Positions 18,641 through 27,677 of a DNA stretch of 64,000 bases are shown one piece after another; within the stretch, counting starts at the first letter, position 1; the number at the start of each line of letters is the position of its first letter. The position numbers and the translations under genes were made by a program. The notes beneath the pieces are model-generated. The model made no database searches. It had not been told where the DNA came from and saw only the letters and a list, made by a program, of their open reading frames with translations. The stretch lies in the IMG/VR virus record IMGVR_UViG_3300037054_000148, positions 124,001-188,000 of that record; one strand, written 5' to 3'.

Positions 18641-20494
18641 GTGAGTAGCAGACAGAGATTTAGCCAAAAGTCAAGGGAGTCGGTGCTGGGTGGGTTGGTT
18701 GATACTCACATCACAGACAGTACAACTCTGCTTAATGCCCTGGAATTCATTGAATCTCCTAGTGGGCTGAATATAACCTTATACCCAGTTCAGCGTGTTT
18801 TGATCAAATTGATATTTGGCATTCCGATGGACTGGGACGAACGGGAAGTGCCCGTTTACGACCAATTCTGTGAAAAGCTCCTCTTTACTTTTACAGAACG
18901 TGAATATATCCGTTATGTATTCGAGAAGGGTCGGATCAACATCCCCACCTGGGAGGATGCCAACCCGCTGGGATATAATGAGATTGACATGATTGTCGGT
19001 CGCCGTGGTGGTAAGAGCGTTGTGGTCGCCGCAGTTGCTGCCTACAAGCTCTACCTCTTGTTAAGCCATCGAGACCCCCAGGAATACTACGGCTTGGTCC
19101 CCGGTTCCCCGATTGATCTGACTATGATGGCCCAGGATTCCAAGGGGTCTAGTCGGCTTTATGATCAGCTTAAAGAGGATATCAACCGAGCCCCCTTCTT
19201 CGCCCCTTACATTAAATCCATGACAGGTGAGGAGATGACCTTCATCTCTGAATCTGACCGTGGTAAGCGAGAACTCACCCCCTCCATCAAAGCCGCCGCT
19301 TACCCCTGCACCACTAATGCCGTGCGTGGACCCAGCAGTTATTTCCTAGCCTTGGACGAGTTTGCTCACTATCGGCAGCAGATCGGTTCCACCTCTGATG
19401 AGATGTATTCCGCCGCCGCCCCCGCTACTATGCAATTCAAGGGTGGAGGAACCCGTGACGGTCTGAGGGAAAGTATGATTTTTATCATAACTTCCCCAGT
19501 AAATAAAATTGGTAAGTACTATACTTTGTTCAGGGATGCTTTATTGGAAGGCCCTTCTAGTCCTGTCCTAGCCTTCCAATGCTCAACCGCAGAGATGAAC
19601 CCTCGCTCCGACACTCCGTTCTTGAAGAAGGAGTACAAGGATAATCCTGAAAAGTTCAAGGCTGAGTATGGTGGGGAGTTTCTGGATGCATCTGAGACCT
19701 ATGTTAAAGGTTTAACGATTGATGAGTGTGTTGACCAAGATCGGGGTAATGTGACTATCCTCACTTCTTCTATGATAGGCCACAATTACTTCTGGGGTCT
19801 TGATTTGGGTATGAAACATGACGCTACGGCCCTTGCGGTCTGCCACTGGGAGGGGGGTCAGAACAAGGCATGGCTCGTATATGATTACATTGATAGGTTA
19901 ATGGTGGGCCTGGGTAAATATAAAGATGTTGCTGAACTTCCACTAGATGATGTGCTGGACTGGCTAAAGGACGCACATGCAATGCTCCCCTGCTTCCAGG
20001 GTGTGACTGACCAGTATGGTGGTTCCCTTCTGGTTCAGCTACTGAATGCAAATCAGGTAACTGGGATTGAGTTGCTTCATTTGACCTCTGGTGTTAACTC
20101 GCAAATGTACCTCACACTTAAAACTCTCATGGAGAATCGTCAGGTAAAGTTCCCTAATGTGTCTGCATTTGTCTTAGAAATGAAGCTCCTGGAAGCCTCT
20201 TTCATTAATAAATATCAGGTTATCGTTAAGGCTCCGACCGAAAAAGATGCTCATGATGATATGGCAGATGCGGCAGCTCTTGCAGCCTATAAAGCTCAGC
20301 TATGGGCCATAGGTGACGGTAAGCGTGTCATGTGGGACATCATGCAAGGGGTTCCGCAAAACATGATCCCCGGCACTATCAGGGGTGGGTGGGATATGAA
20401 TGGCTCCCTTGCCCATCTCAGATCCTACGAACGACAGCTTCAACATCAATTAAATCCCTATGGTGCGGTTCAAAACCCATGGAGAAGACATTAG
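18641..20494 (+). CDS. terL: Terminase large subunit
   Basis: Walker A VGRRGGKS, Walker B LALDEFAH, coupling motif ITSP, nuclease GLDLGMKHD and HDDMAD. Confidence 0.92.
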   Translation: MSSRQRFSQKSRESVLGGLVDTHITDSTTLLNALEFIESPSGLNITLYPVQRVLIKLIFGIPMDWDEREVPVYDQFCEKLLFTFTEREYIRYVFEKGRINIPTWEDANPLGYNEIDMIVGRRGGKSVVVAAVAAYKLYLLLSHRDPQEYYGLVPGSPIDLTMMAQDSKGSSRLYDQLKEDINRAPFFAPYIKSMTGEEMTFISESDRGKRELTPSIKAAAYPCTTNAVRGPSSYFLALDEFAHYRQQIGSTSDEMYSAAAPATMQFKGGGTRDGLRESMIFIITSPVNKIGKYYTLFRDALLEGPSSPVLAFQCSTAEMNPRSDTPFLKKEYKDNPEKFKAEYGGEFLDASETYVKGLTIDECVDQDRGNVTILTSSMIGHNYFWGLDLGMKHDATALAVCHWEGGQNKAWLVYDYIDRLMVGLGKYKDVAELPLDDVLDWLKDAHAMLPCFQGVTDQYGGSLLVQLLNANQVTGIELLHLTSGVNSQMYLTLKTLMENRQVKFPNVSAFVLEMKLLEASFINKYQVIVKAPTEKDAHDDMADAAALAAYKAQLWAIGDGKRVMWDIMQGVPQNMIPGTIRGGWDMNGSLAHLRSYERQLQHQLNPYGAVQNPWRRH

Positions 20495-20504
20495 AAATCA
20501 AAAC

Positions 20505-20530
20505 TTTCCTCTGCTATGATAGAGAGGAAA
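20505..20530 (+). promoter_or_regulatory. Hairpin sequestering the RBS of the downstream gene
   Basis: TTTCCTCT-G-CTAT-G-ATAG-AGAGGAAA; the 3' arm is the SD for GTG 20535. Confidence 0.5.
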
Positions 20531-20534
20531 GCGT

Positions 20535-20732
20535 GTGTCAGACTCTGATGAACTGCTATTCAAAATCCAACAGGATATCGAGCATCTGACTAATAGGGTT
20601 GGTCAGATAGAAGAGGATACAGGCTCCTTAGTAATGGTTCAAAGCCGAATCTTGAATTCTTTAAATGATTTGCAGACTTCTGTATTAAAAGTGCGTGAAG
20701 CCCTATTGAGAGTGAGAGAGAAACTAGGATGA
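20535..20732 (+). CDS. Small coiled-coil protein
   Basis: 65 aa with a heptad pattern and GAGG RBS. Confidence 0.65.
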   Translation: MSDSDELLFKIQQDIEHLTNRVGQIEEDTGSLVMVQSRILNSLNDLQTSVLKVREALLRVREKLG

Positions 20733-21412
20733 GCGAAGAACTGTTCGATGACGAAGAGACCACCGAGAGTGGGAAAAAATCTGGCCCTCGGTTCTTACCG
20801 AGCAAGACCACTATAAAGGATGATCTTCAAGAAATTTATGACACCGAACGCCAGATCGGCTCTGCGGTATTCAAACTCCACCAACTTATCGGTCAGGTGC
20901 AGGAGACATTGGGCAAGAAAGCCGATTCAGAAGAGGTTAGCGAGGGCCTTGAGGATCTCAACCTCTATCTTGAGACCAATAGTAAAGCTGTGCAGGACCG
21001 TCTGACAGAGATCAAGGCGGCGGCGGATGTGTTTACCAACCACTTGGCTAAAATCGATAATGATTGGCTTCGGGTGCAAAGGGCAACCAACGAGACCCTC
21101 AGATCTCATGGAATTGACCCCCAGACCCTGGCTGAGGAATCAGACAAAATAAAAAAACTTGGGCGATGGATGACGGCAATCCAGATGGTTGGAGTATCAA
21201 TCATAGTGACCCTCATTTCGGCCTGGATTATGTCCTCGGTCAGCAAAACGATTGTCACCGACCAGAAAGCAGTAAATGATCAATTATTGCAACAGAACCA
21301 ACAAATTTTGTTGCAAAATCAGCAGCTTGAACGCACAATGGAAGAGCACATACTCTTGGACGAACAGAAGTTCAGGCGTAGTAATGACCATTCTCCGGAA
21401 CACTCCCACTAG
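20729..21412 (+). CDS. Coiled-coil protein with one transmembrane segment
   Basis: Heptads, then hydrophobic WMTAIQMVGVSIIVTLISAWIM, then a Gln-rich coil. Confidence 0.7.
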   Translation: MSEELFDDEETTESGKKSGPRFLPSKTTIKDDLQEIYDTERQIGSAVFKLHQLIGQVQETLGKKADSEEVSEGLEDLNLYLETNSKAVQDRLTEIKAAADVFTNHLAKIDNDWLRVQRATNETLRSHGIDPQTLAEESDKIKKLGRWMTAIQMVGVSIIVTLISAWIMSSVSKTIVTDQKAVNDQLLQQNQQILLQNQQLERTMEEHILLDEQKFRRSNDHSPEHSH

Positions 21413-21481
21413 GCAAAAATTTCCGTATAGGTTTTCGCTGGGAAGTGGGTATAATAGGTTGCAGGACCACAGGAGGTTTTC

Positions 21482-22294
21482 TTGACAGACTCTTTTGTTT
21501 TCTCTTCAAAAATGCTAGGACACGGCTCAGATGCTGTGCCTGAGTACGAGGGTGAGCCGTTCACTGGGGACGGAACTCACTTCATCGGTCAGGACGGATT
21601 CGTCGTTCCGGCAAACTTCATCGAGTTCTTCGAACGCTACCCCGTGTACGTTCGGAACTGGGTGTCGAAGAAACTCCGCAAGTGCAGCAGCCATCCGGAT
21701 GTGGAGGACTGGACCCAAACGCTGCTGACCCACTTGTACCAGCTTCATCACGGGCGCACCATCAAAGGGGGTGAAGGTGAGGAGGATCGTGAAATCGGTG
21801 GAACTCTCTATAAATTGGGGTTCACGGACGTAATCCATGCCTTCAACCCATGGGCACAGCATGGAGCCTCGGCTCGTCGGTTTTTCAATTTCGTCAACAC
21901 GTGCCTGAGCAACAAGTACATCAGCCTTCGGTCCAAGTATGGCAAGGATGCGACCAGCCACTCCCTGTTCAGCCTGGATTCTCCCACTCCCATCCAGGGC
22001 ATGGATGAGTCCAATGGCCCCATCAGCCGTGAATACCTGCTGATGGACCGCTCTAGTCTCTATCGGGATCAGGTGGCTGAGAACCGCCCTCTCACTGCTG
22101 ATGATGTGTTCGTCCAGCAGTTCAGGGATTTCGTGGAGCGGAAGGATCCGAATCTGCTCCCTCTGGTTAGTGCGATCATGAACAAGGATAAGGTGGATGA
22201 GATCCTGGAGGTGCTGGGTTATGACCAGAACCGCTACCTTCGTGACCGGAAGAAGCTGATCCGGCTTTCCAAGTCGTTCCAGGCAGGGGACTAA
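21482..22294 (+). CDS. ECF-like sigma factor homolog
   Basis: YPVYVRNWVSKKL..DVEDWTQTLLTHL..FNP..RFFNFVNTCLSNKYIS resembles sigma region 2; C-terminal VDEILEVLGYDQNRYLRDRKKL resembles region 4. AGGAGG RBS and an upstream TATAAT. Confidence 0.55.
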   Translation: MTDSFVFSSKMLGHGSDAVPEYEGEPFTGDGTHFIGQDGFVVPANFIEFFERYPVYVRNWVSKKLRKCSSHPDVEDWTQTLLTHLYQLHHGRTIKGGEGEEDREIGGTLYKLGFTDVIHAFNPWAQHGASARRFFNFVNTCLSNKYISLRSKYGKDATSHSLFSLDSPTPIQGMDESNGPISREYLLMDRSSLYRDQVAENRPLTADDVFVQQFRDFVERKDPNLLPLVSAIMNKDKVDEILEVLGYDQNRYLRDRKKLIRLSKSFQAGD

Positions 22295-22330
22295 CAACGT
22301 CAACATCACTTCAAACCCGGAGGAGTTTAA

Positions 22331-22663
22331 ATGAGTAAGGCCAATAAGATTCAGGGAACCCCGAAACCAGCCGATGTGAAGCGGGTTGACTCACCTGATC
22401 TGCACCATCTTAAGGCTCGTCAGCGCAAGGTGTACCCACCACATATGCAAGTGCGAAGATGTGGAAACGGGGACTTCTTCGTCAAGCCGCATGGACTCCC
22501 CCACCTTAACCACTGGATCTACTATGACCACTGGGTGGATCGGAAAGACTTGCCGAGCATTATCCACTGGTTTGAGGGGCGCTACCCCGAAACCTGTGGT
22601 TTACCAGTTCGATTCATCAATTGTCCCCCCTTCGAGTGCGGACGGGAAGCTATTCCCAATTGA
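22331..22663 (+). CDS. Hypothetical protein (His/Trp-rich)
   Basis: 110 aa with strong GGAGGAG RBS. Confidence 0.6.
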   Translation: MSKANKIQGTPKPADVKRVDSPDLHHLKARQRKVYPPHMQVRRCGNGDFFVKPHGLPHLNHWIYYDHWVDRKDLPSIIHWFEGRYPETCGLPVRFINCPPFECGREAIPN

Positions 22664-22670
22664 AGTAAAA

Positions 22671-22781
22671 GTGCGGATGACCTGGGACCACGGCTCCCAT
22701 GCCTCACGGCGGGTCATCTCCTGGGTAGCGGGTGGGGTTAAACTCCCCGTCTGCGGAAAGGTTCGAATCCTTTCGCACCTA
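22671..22781 (+). ncRNA. tRNA-like structured RNA, non-canonical
   Basis: T-arm AAAGG-TTCGAAT-CCTTT; termini GTGCG/CGCAC pair; internal hairpins GATGACC/GGTCATC and GGGG-TTAAACT-CCCC. Intergenic. No canonical cloverleaf fit. Confidence 0.5.
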
Positions 22782-23675
22782 CAGTCTTCCCCGCGCAAAA
22801 CCTTCAGCTACTTCAGAGGGTTTTGCGCGAAGTTCTATGACCCCATTGTTATACCAATAAACCCCTAGAAGGGGACTCTCACCATCCGGTGTGCTAAACA
22901 CTTTCTTTCGACCTTTCAGTGCTTTTGACTTGGCTTTATTTTGTTTTTCTTTTTCCTCATCAGTCAAGCTAGCCCAGTAGGCTCTCTGTTTAGCTGATGC
23001 TATTTCGCTTCGTAGTTCTCGCTGCTCTTCTGTCATTGCAGCTTCGCGTCTAGCTGCTACATCTCTTCCGATTTGAGTGAGACGTTCTTTATCCTCCTCT
23101 GTTAGACTAACTCTATAGTTCTTTATACCTTCTCGTTGCGCTTGAACAGTCTTGGTGTAGAGAGCTTCCTGTTCTTCCTGAGTTAACTGTCTCTTCCATG
23201 TCTTCAATCGCTCTGCTCCAGCTACCTGTAAAGCAGTCCGCTTCTTTGAATTCTTTTCCCAGAACTCAACTGTTCCTTGCAGTCTTTCCTTTTTCTCCTC
23301 ATCTGAGCATTCTTTCCAATAATTTACCATCTGGGCCGAATGTAAAGCTCTCGTTTCATCGGTGCAATTCTTCAAGGGGTTCACGGCAATGGGGCAGACG
23401 TTATATCCAATCTCTCTGTCGTATGATTTTAACAAATCCAGATACCGCTGCTCTTTTTGATCAAGTTCTTCCACTGAGCATTCACATAAAACCTCAAATG
23501 TAAACTTTTCAATTCCATATTTTTTGACAGCCGCCAGCAGATGCCGATTGTGGTGGGTGCCTTTTCTGAGTTTGCTCAGGTGTGACCAGAGCCGCCCTTG
23601 AAGATTGATGGATTGACCCACATAGACCTTGCCGTTCACAGTATTAGTTATTAGATAGATACCACTTTTCCGCAT
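22779..23675 (-). CDS. GIY-YIG homing endonuclease, free-standing
   Basis: SGIYLITNTVNGKVYVGQS.NLQGRLWSH, E (DQKEQRYL), GYNVC; helical repeats in the C-terminus. Confidence 0.93.
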   Translation of the reverse strand: MRKSGIYLITNTVNGKVYVGQSINLQGRLWSHLSKLRKGTHHNRHLLAAVKKYGIEKFTFEVLCECSVEELDQKEQRYLDLLKSYDREIGYNVCPIAVNPLKNCTDETRALHSAQMVNYWKECSDEEKKERLQGTVEFWEKNSKKRTALQVAGAERLKTWKRQLTQEEQEALYTKTVQAQREGIKNYRVSLTEEDKERLTQIGRDVAARREAAMTEEQRELRSEIASAKQRAYWASLTDEEKEKQNKAKSKALKGRKKVFSTPDGESPLLGVYWYNNGVIELRAKPSEVAEGFARGRL

Positions 23676-23686
23676 GGAGCCCTTTC

Positions 23687-24316
23687 GTGGAAGAAAATCT
23701 TGATTTTGAGTTTGGAGACAAGCTACCCTATCTGGATGATGAGATTCATCCTGACAGGTGGCTTCGGGCCAGAAATGAAATTGATCACGTAGCCCTTTTG
23801 GAAGAGTTCATTAAGAAACCCATAATGGGGAATGTCATAAATTGCCCGTTGGGGATTCACCGAGACTCTACCCCTTCCTTTAATATATACAGACAGTCCA
23901 ATTCTTCACATTGCTTTGGTTGCCCTGGAACCACGAAAGAGCAGTACAATGACAACGTGAACCTCGTCTCCAAATGGTTTGGTATCAATAAAGTAGCTGC
24001 CTTGCAATGGCTAGAGAAGCATTTTAAGCTCCCCCCGATTGCAGGACAACCTATCGAACCTGACGAGGAAGAAGAAAGGGACGAGGAGGAATCCGATCCA
24101 TTCACGGTGAAGGATCTGGTTCCAATGTTCCTTACGATAGCCCCCACTCTGATTGAAACAGTGGATGACGCTAAGTATCTGATAAAGAAATACTTCTTGG
24201 CTCTTCATCTTGACGATCCACTATTTTTGGCACGGGTTCTTGGACGAAAGCGGCTTGAGAGTATTAGATTATCAGGACGAGTGTCGAATGAAGGAATTGG
24301 AAGAAGCAATAAATGA
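23687..24316 (+). CDS. DNA primase zinc-binding (CHC2) domain protein
   Basis: INCPLGIHRDSTPSFNIY..HCFGC..DNVNLVSKW..AALQWL matches the DnaG CHC2 zinc finger; no Toprim domain in this ORF. Confidence 0.85.
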   Translation: MEENLDFEFGDKLPYLDDEIHPDRWLRARNEIDHVALLEEFIKKPIMGNVINCPLGIHRDSTPSFNIYRQSNSSHCFGCPGTTKEQYNDNVNLVSKWFGINKVAALQWLEKHFKLPPIAGQPIEPDEEEERDEEESDPFTVKDLVPMFLTIAPTLIETVDDAKYLIKKYFLALHLDDPLFLARVLGRKRLESIRLSGRVSNEGIGRSNK

Positions 24317-27300
24317 GCAAGATCCTGTAATAACGGGAAAGAAGCCTCGTAAAAAGAAGGAAAAGGCTGAGAAAAAGCCCAAGGCCCCCAAAGTAATTAA
24401 AACCCTCCGTGAGATATTTATGGAGAGGTTGGCCCTCATCGATATCGAAAACTTGAAGAAGCCATGGATGGCTACCAAATCGTTCAGGTTGATTGATACG
24501 GCGGAGGAGCTTCAACGCTGGGTTGATATGGTCATGAGCGATCCTGGACGCTCCCAGACCCACTCATGGGCTGCTCACACTGGCCCCGTCATTGCGGTGG
24601 ACACCGAGACGGATGGCCTGGATATTCGTGTAGTTGAAGGGAAGATGCGAACCAAGCTGGCAGGAGTCTGTCTGTCAGCCGATGGACTGGAAGGTCTCTA
24701 CATTCCGGTCGGGCATGAGAATGGGAAGAACATTCCCGCCACTGAGTTGGCCCCGATCCTCCAGAAGCTCTTTGACCAGTGCCACCTCGTATTTTTTAAC
24801 GCCAAATTTGACCGTGAGGTATTGCGACTCAGCCTTGGTCTGACTTTCAGGGATTACCCGTTCTTTGAAGATGTACAGACGCTGACCTACCTGGATGACC
24901 CTAAAGCCAAAGTTGATGACAAAGGGGCTGGCAGCCTTCAAGAGGGCCTGAAGAATCTTTCCAAGGTGAAGCTGGGGTTTGAACAGATTGAACTGGAAGA
25001 TCTGGTCAAGGTCAAGGCCAAGGTATGGAATGTGGAGTTGGAGAAGTACACCCAGCGTATGGTTTACTGCCCATTCACTTGGGTTCCTACAGAAATGGCT
25101 CTTTGGTACGCGGCTTCTGATGCAATTACCACTTGGCTGCTCTGGCGATTATTCCACCAGGAGCGAGATTTCTCCCAGATGTTGGGGGTCCATCGACTTG
25201 ACCATCTATTAGTGGACACCATTACCTGGATTGAGCGGCAGCGTCCTCGTGTGGATGGGGATCGTCTGCAAAATACTATTGACTTTCACGCTAGTCGGGT
25301 GAAGCAACTTACTGAAGAATTGGGTAAGATTTCCGGCATCGAAAATTTCAATCCCGGCTCTACTCCTCAGATCACCAAAATTCTTTTTGAGGACAGGGGT
25401 ATGGAGGTGATTGAACGGTCTGAGAAGACTAACGATCCGTCTACAGCTATTGGGGTGCTGAAAGAGCTTCATAAACGATACCCTACTGATGAATTTCTGA
25501 TTAAATTGATGGATTTTCGTGAGTACGCGGCTCTGCATCCAGCTAGTATGCGTTATGACCCAGTTGACCACACAATTAGGTTCTACCTCAAACAGAACGT
25601 TGTGGCTGGCGGTCGTCTCGCGGCTGCGGGTGGAGAGTTTGAAAAGGATGGCGGGTGCCAACTTAACCCCCAGGCTATCAAGAAGGTGGGTGGAAATTGG
25701 TGGGTCAAAGGGTGGCTGTTGGACACGCTTCCAGAAGAGTTCGCCGCTCTGACGATTCTCACGGAGTATCCGGACCCCTCTATGCTAGAACCCTCTTGTG
25801 TTAAGGATGGAAAGATCGCCCCCAATATCGACTCCAATAACCACACGGCCACCTATTTTGGCAGACGCTACTGCATGGTCCCCTCCTGTAAGTCTTGTTT
25901 ACGGGCGCTAAAACCAGAGCGGATAGACGCCAATGAGATTATCAATTTCCGAGGTCTGATTGTTGCGGATCCAGGCTGGACGATGTTCAGTTCTGACTAC
26001 AGCAATATTGAAATGAGAGTAGCAGCAAACATTTCAAAAGAACCGCTATTCATCAAGGAGTTCATGGAAGGGGCGGGAGACTTCCACTCTCTCACCGCTA
26101 TGGCCCTTTTCCCTGAGTTTTCTAATCCCAACACCCCCAAGGCCAGAAAAAAAGAGCTTCGTGCATTGGCCAAAATTATTAACTTCGCTTTGTTGTATGG
26201 CGGGACTGCCTATACGATCAAAGAGAACATGAATAAGGAGGGGTTCAACATTAGCTTTGAAGAAGCTGAAGAACTGGTCCAAAAATATTGGGATTCAGTG
26301 CCCACGTTCGCCGCATGGTGCCAGAATAAGCGTGATGTGGCCAGAGCGAAATTGATCTGCCGTACTCCAACGGGTCGGATCGTTAATTTTGAATCAGCCA
26401 TGAAGGGATTCCGTATCCATAAGCCAGAGCAGTGGGAGAAGGACAATTTCTGGGAGTGGAAGAAGTTATGTAAGCGTGAGGTAGAGCTTACTCGCTTGGA
26501 GCTTAAAGAGGATGCGTTGGCGGTAAAGAGGACTGCGGAGGCAATTTGGGCTAATCCTAAATCTGGAGTGCGTAACGTTCAGGAGTTCAATCGTTTCCTG
26601 GGCAAGGCAGAGCGGGTAGCCATCAACATCCCGCTTCAGGGGACCGCAGGAGATCTAATGCGCTCCGCCCTAAATCGGATTCGTATTTGGGCATTGGCCA
26701 ACCCAGGTCTAGAGAAGGTGTTCCGTCTTCACCTTACTGTGCATGATGAAATTGACTTTTCAGTGAAGAATGAGTTCGTACCCTATGTGCTGCCTAGGGT
26801 TAACCGATTGATGAAGCTCCGCAAACTCCATGCATCTAAGGGATGGCCGGTACCTATCGAAACAGACTGTGAGTATGGACAGACCTGGGATGTGAACCAG
26901 CACCTTACTGGAGATGATGGTCATAAGGCGGCTGGATGGACGGCCATTGCGGGAATGGAAGCTTACACCCCTCCTGATTTCGCTGAAGATGTGGTAGACC
27001 GGATTGTTGACACATGGATGAAGGGCGACCGAGAGCGGGTAACTAAGTGGTTGCAACAGCTTCATCCCAGAGTTCATGGCTATTTGGCAGAGTTTAATGA
27101 TGACCCTGAGACGGTCCGTCATTACCTCATTGTAATGCTCCAACTCCACGAATTTTGGAAAATCGATGAAGATGAAAGTGACACGTTGACCTTGTTGGAG
27201 TATGCGGAGGAGAATGGTTTGAAGATAACTGAAGAGCCCCTGGTGGGTAATCTTTCGGGCTATTTGAACTCCGTCCCCCCGGAGGACATACCTATTGTCA

Positions 27301-27677
27301 CAGAGGTGGTGTTGGAACCAGAGGCTCAGTCTGAGCCAGAGCTAGCGGTAGAGCCGGAAACTGAGAAAATCACTTCCATCGAACAGCTTCATGAAATGGT
27401 ACAGAATGTCGTAGAGATGGCAGCAGCCGGAGAAGTGGAAGAGGAAGTGTTCTTTCAGGAACCCCCTCGTAAAGAGGTAGCTCAGGTTGTGGGTACAGCC
27501 CCAAAAATTCCAGTTGTTCGGAATATGGACCTGGATGAACAAAAGGTGTTCAAGACACTAATAGGAGCAGGTTTGGGTAGAAAGGAGATCGAATTTGTTT
27601 ACGAATTTGATAGCAAATATTACAAGATACCTAACACTATTACTGATGTGATTCCCAAGGAATACCTGCTATGTTAG
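24288..27677 (+). CDS. polA: Family A DNA polymerase with 3'-5' exonuclease, no 5'-3' exonuclease (ORF open from 24210)
   Basis: ExoI AVDTETDG, ExoII FFNAKFD, ExoIII YAASDA; motif A DYSNIEMR, motif B RALAKIINFALLYG, motif C LTVHDEI. Confidence 0.95.
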   Translation: MKELEEAINEQDPVITGKKPRKKKEKAEKKPKAPKVIKTLREIFMERLALIDIENLKKPWMATKSFRLIDTAEELQRWVDMVMSDPGRSQTHSWAAHTGPVIAVDTETDGLDIRVVEGKMRTKLAGVCLSADGLEGLYIPVGHENGKNIPATELAPILQKLFDQCHLVFFNAKFDREVLRLSLGLTFRDYPFFEDVQTLTYLDDPKAKVDDKGAGSLQEGLKNLSKVKLGFEQIELEDLVKVKAKVWNVELEKYTQRMVYCPFTWVPTEMALWYAASDAITTWLLWRLFHQERDFSQMLGVHRLDHLLVDTITWIERQRPRVDGDRLQNTIDFHASRVKQLTEELGKISGIENFNPGSTPQITKILFEDRGMEVIERSEKTNDPSTAIGVLKELHKRYPTDEFLIKLMDFREYAALHPASMRYDPVDHTIRFYLKQNVVAGGRLAAAGGEFEKDGGCQLNPQAIKKVGGNWWVKGWLLDTLPEEFAALTILTEYPDPSMLEPSCVKDGKIAPNIDSNNHTATYFGRRYCMVPSCKSCLRALKPERIDANEIINFRGLIVADPGWTMFSSDYSNIEMRVAANISKEPLFIKEFMEGAGDFHSLTAMALFPEFSNPNTPKARKKELRALAKIINFALLYGGTAYTIKENMNKEGFNISFEEAEELVQKYWDSVPTFAAWCQNKRDVARAKLICRTPTGRIVNFESAMKGFRIHKPEQWEKDNFWEWKKLCKREVELTRLELKEDALAVKRTAEAIWANPKSGVRNVQEFNRFLGKAERVAINIPLQGTAGDLMRSALNRIRIWALANPGLEKVFRLHLTVHDEIDFSVKNEFVPYVLPRVNRLMKLRKLHASKGWPVPIETDCEYGQTWDVNQHLTGDDGHKAAGWTAIAGMEAYTPPDFAEDVVDRIVDTWMKGDRERVTKWLQQLHPRVHGYLAEFNDDPETVRHYLIVMLQLHEFWKIDEDESDTLTLLEYAEENGLKITEEPLVGNLSGYLNSVPPEDIPIVTEVVLEPEAQSEPELAVEPETEKITSIEQLHEMVQNVVEMAAAGEVEEEVFFQEPPRKEVAQVVGTAPKIPVVRNMDLDEQKVFKTLIGAGLGRKEIEFVYEFDSKYYKIPNTITDVIPKEYLLC

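Noticed and set aside
21527-22309. 260-aa antisense ORF opposite the sigma-like gene (similar cases: 37086-38084, 39676-40317, 52517-53350)
   Set aside because: Expected antisense open frames opposite genes with strong C/G third-position bias; no recognisable domains.
22671-22781. Call as a standard tRNA (Leu-TAA, ochre suppressor or Sec)
   Set aside because: The acceptor stem is only 5 bp, the anticodon loop lacks canonical U33/R37 geometry in any register, and the 5' domain is oversized; kept only as tRNA-like.
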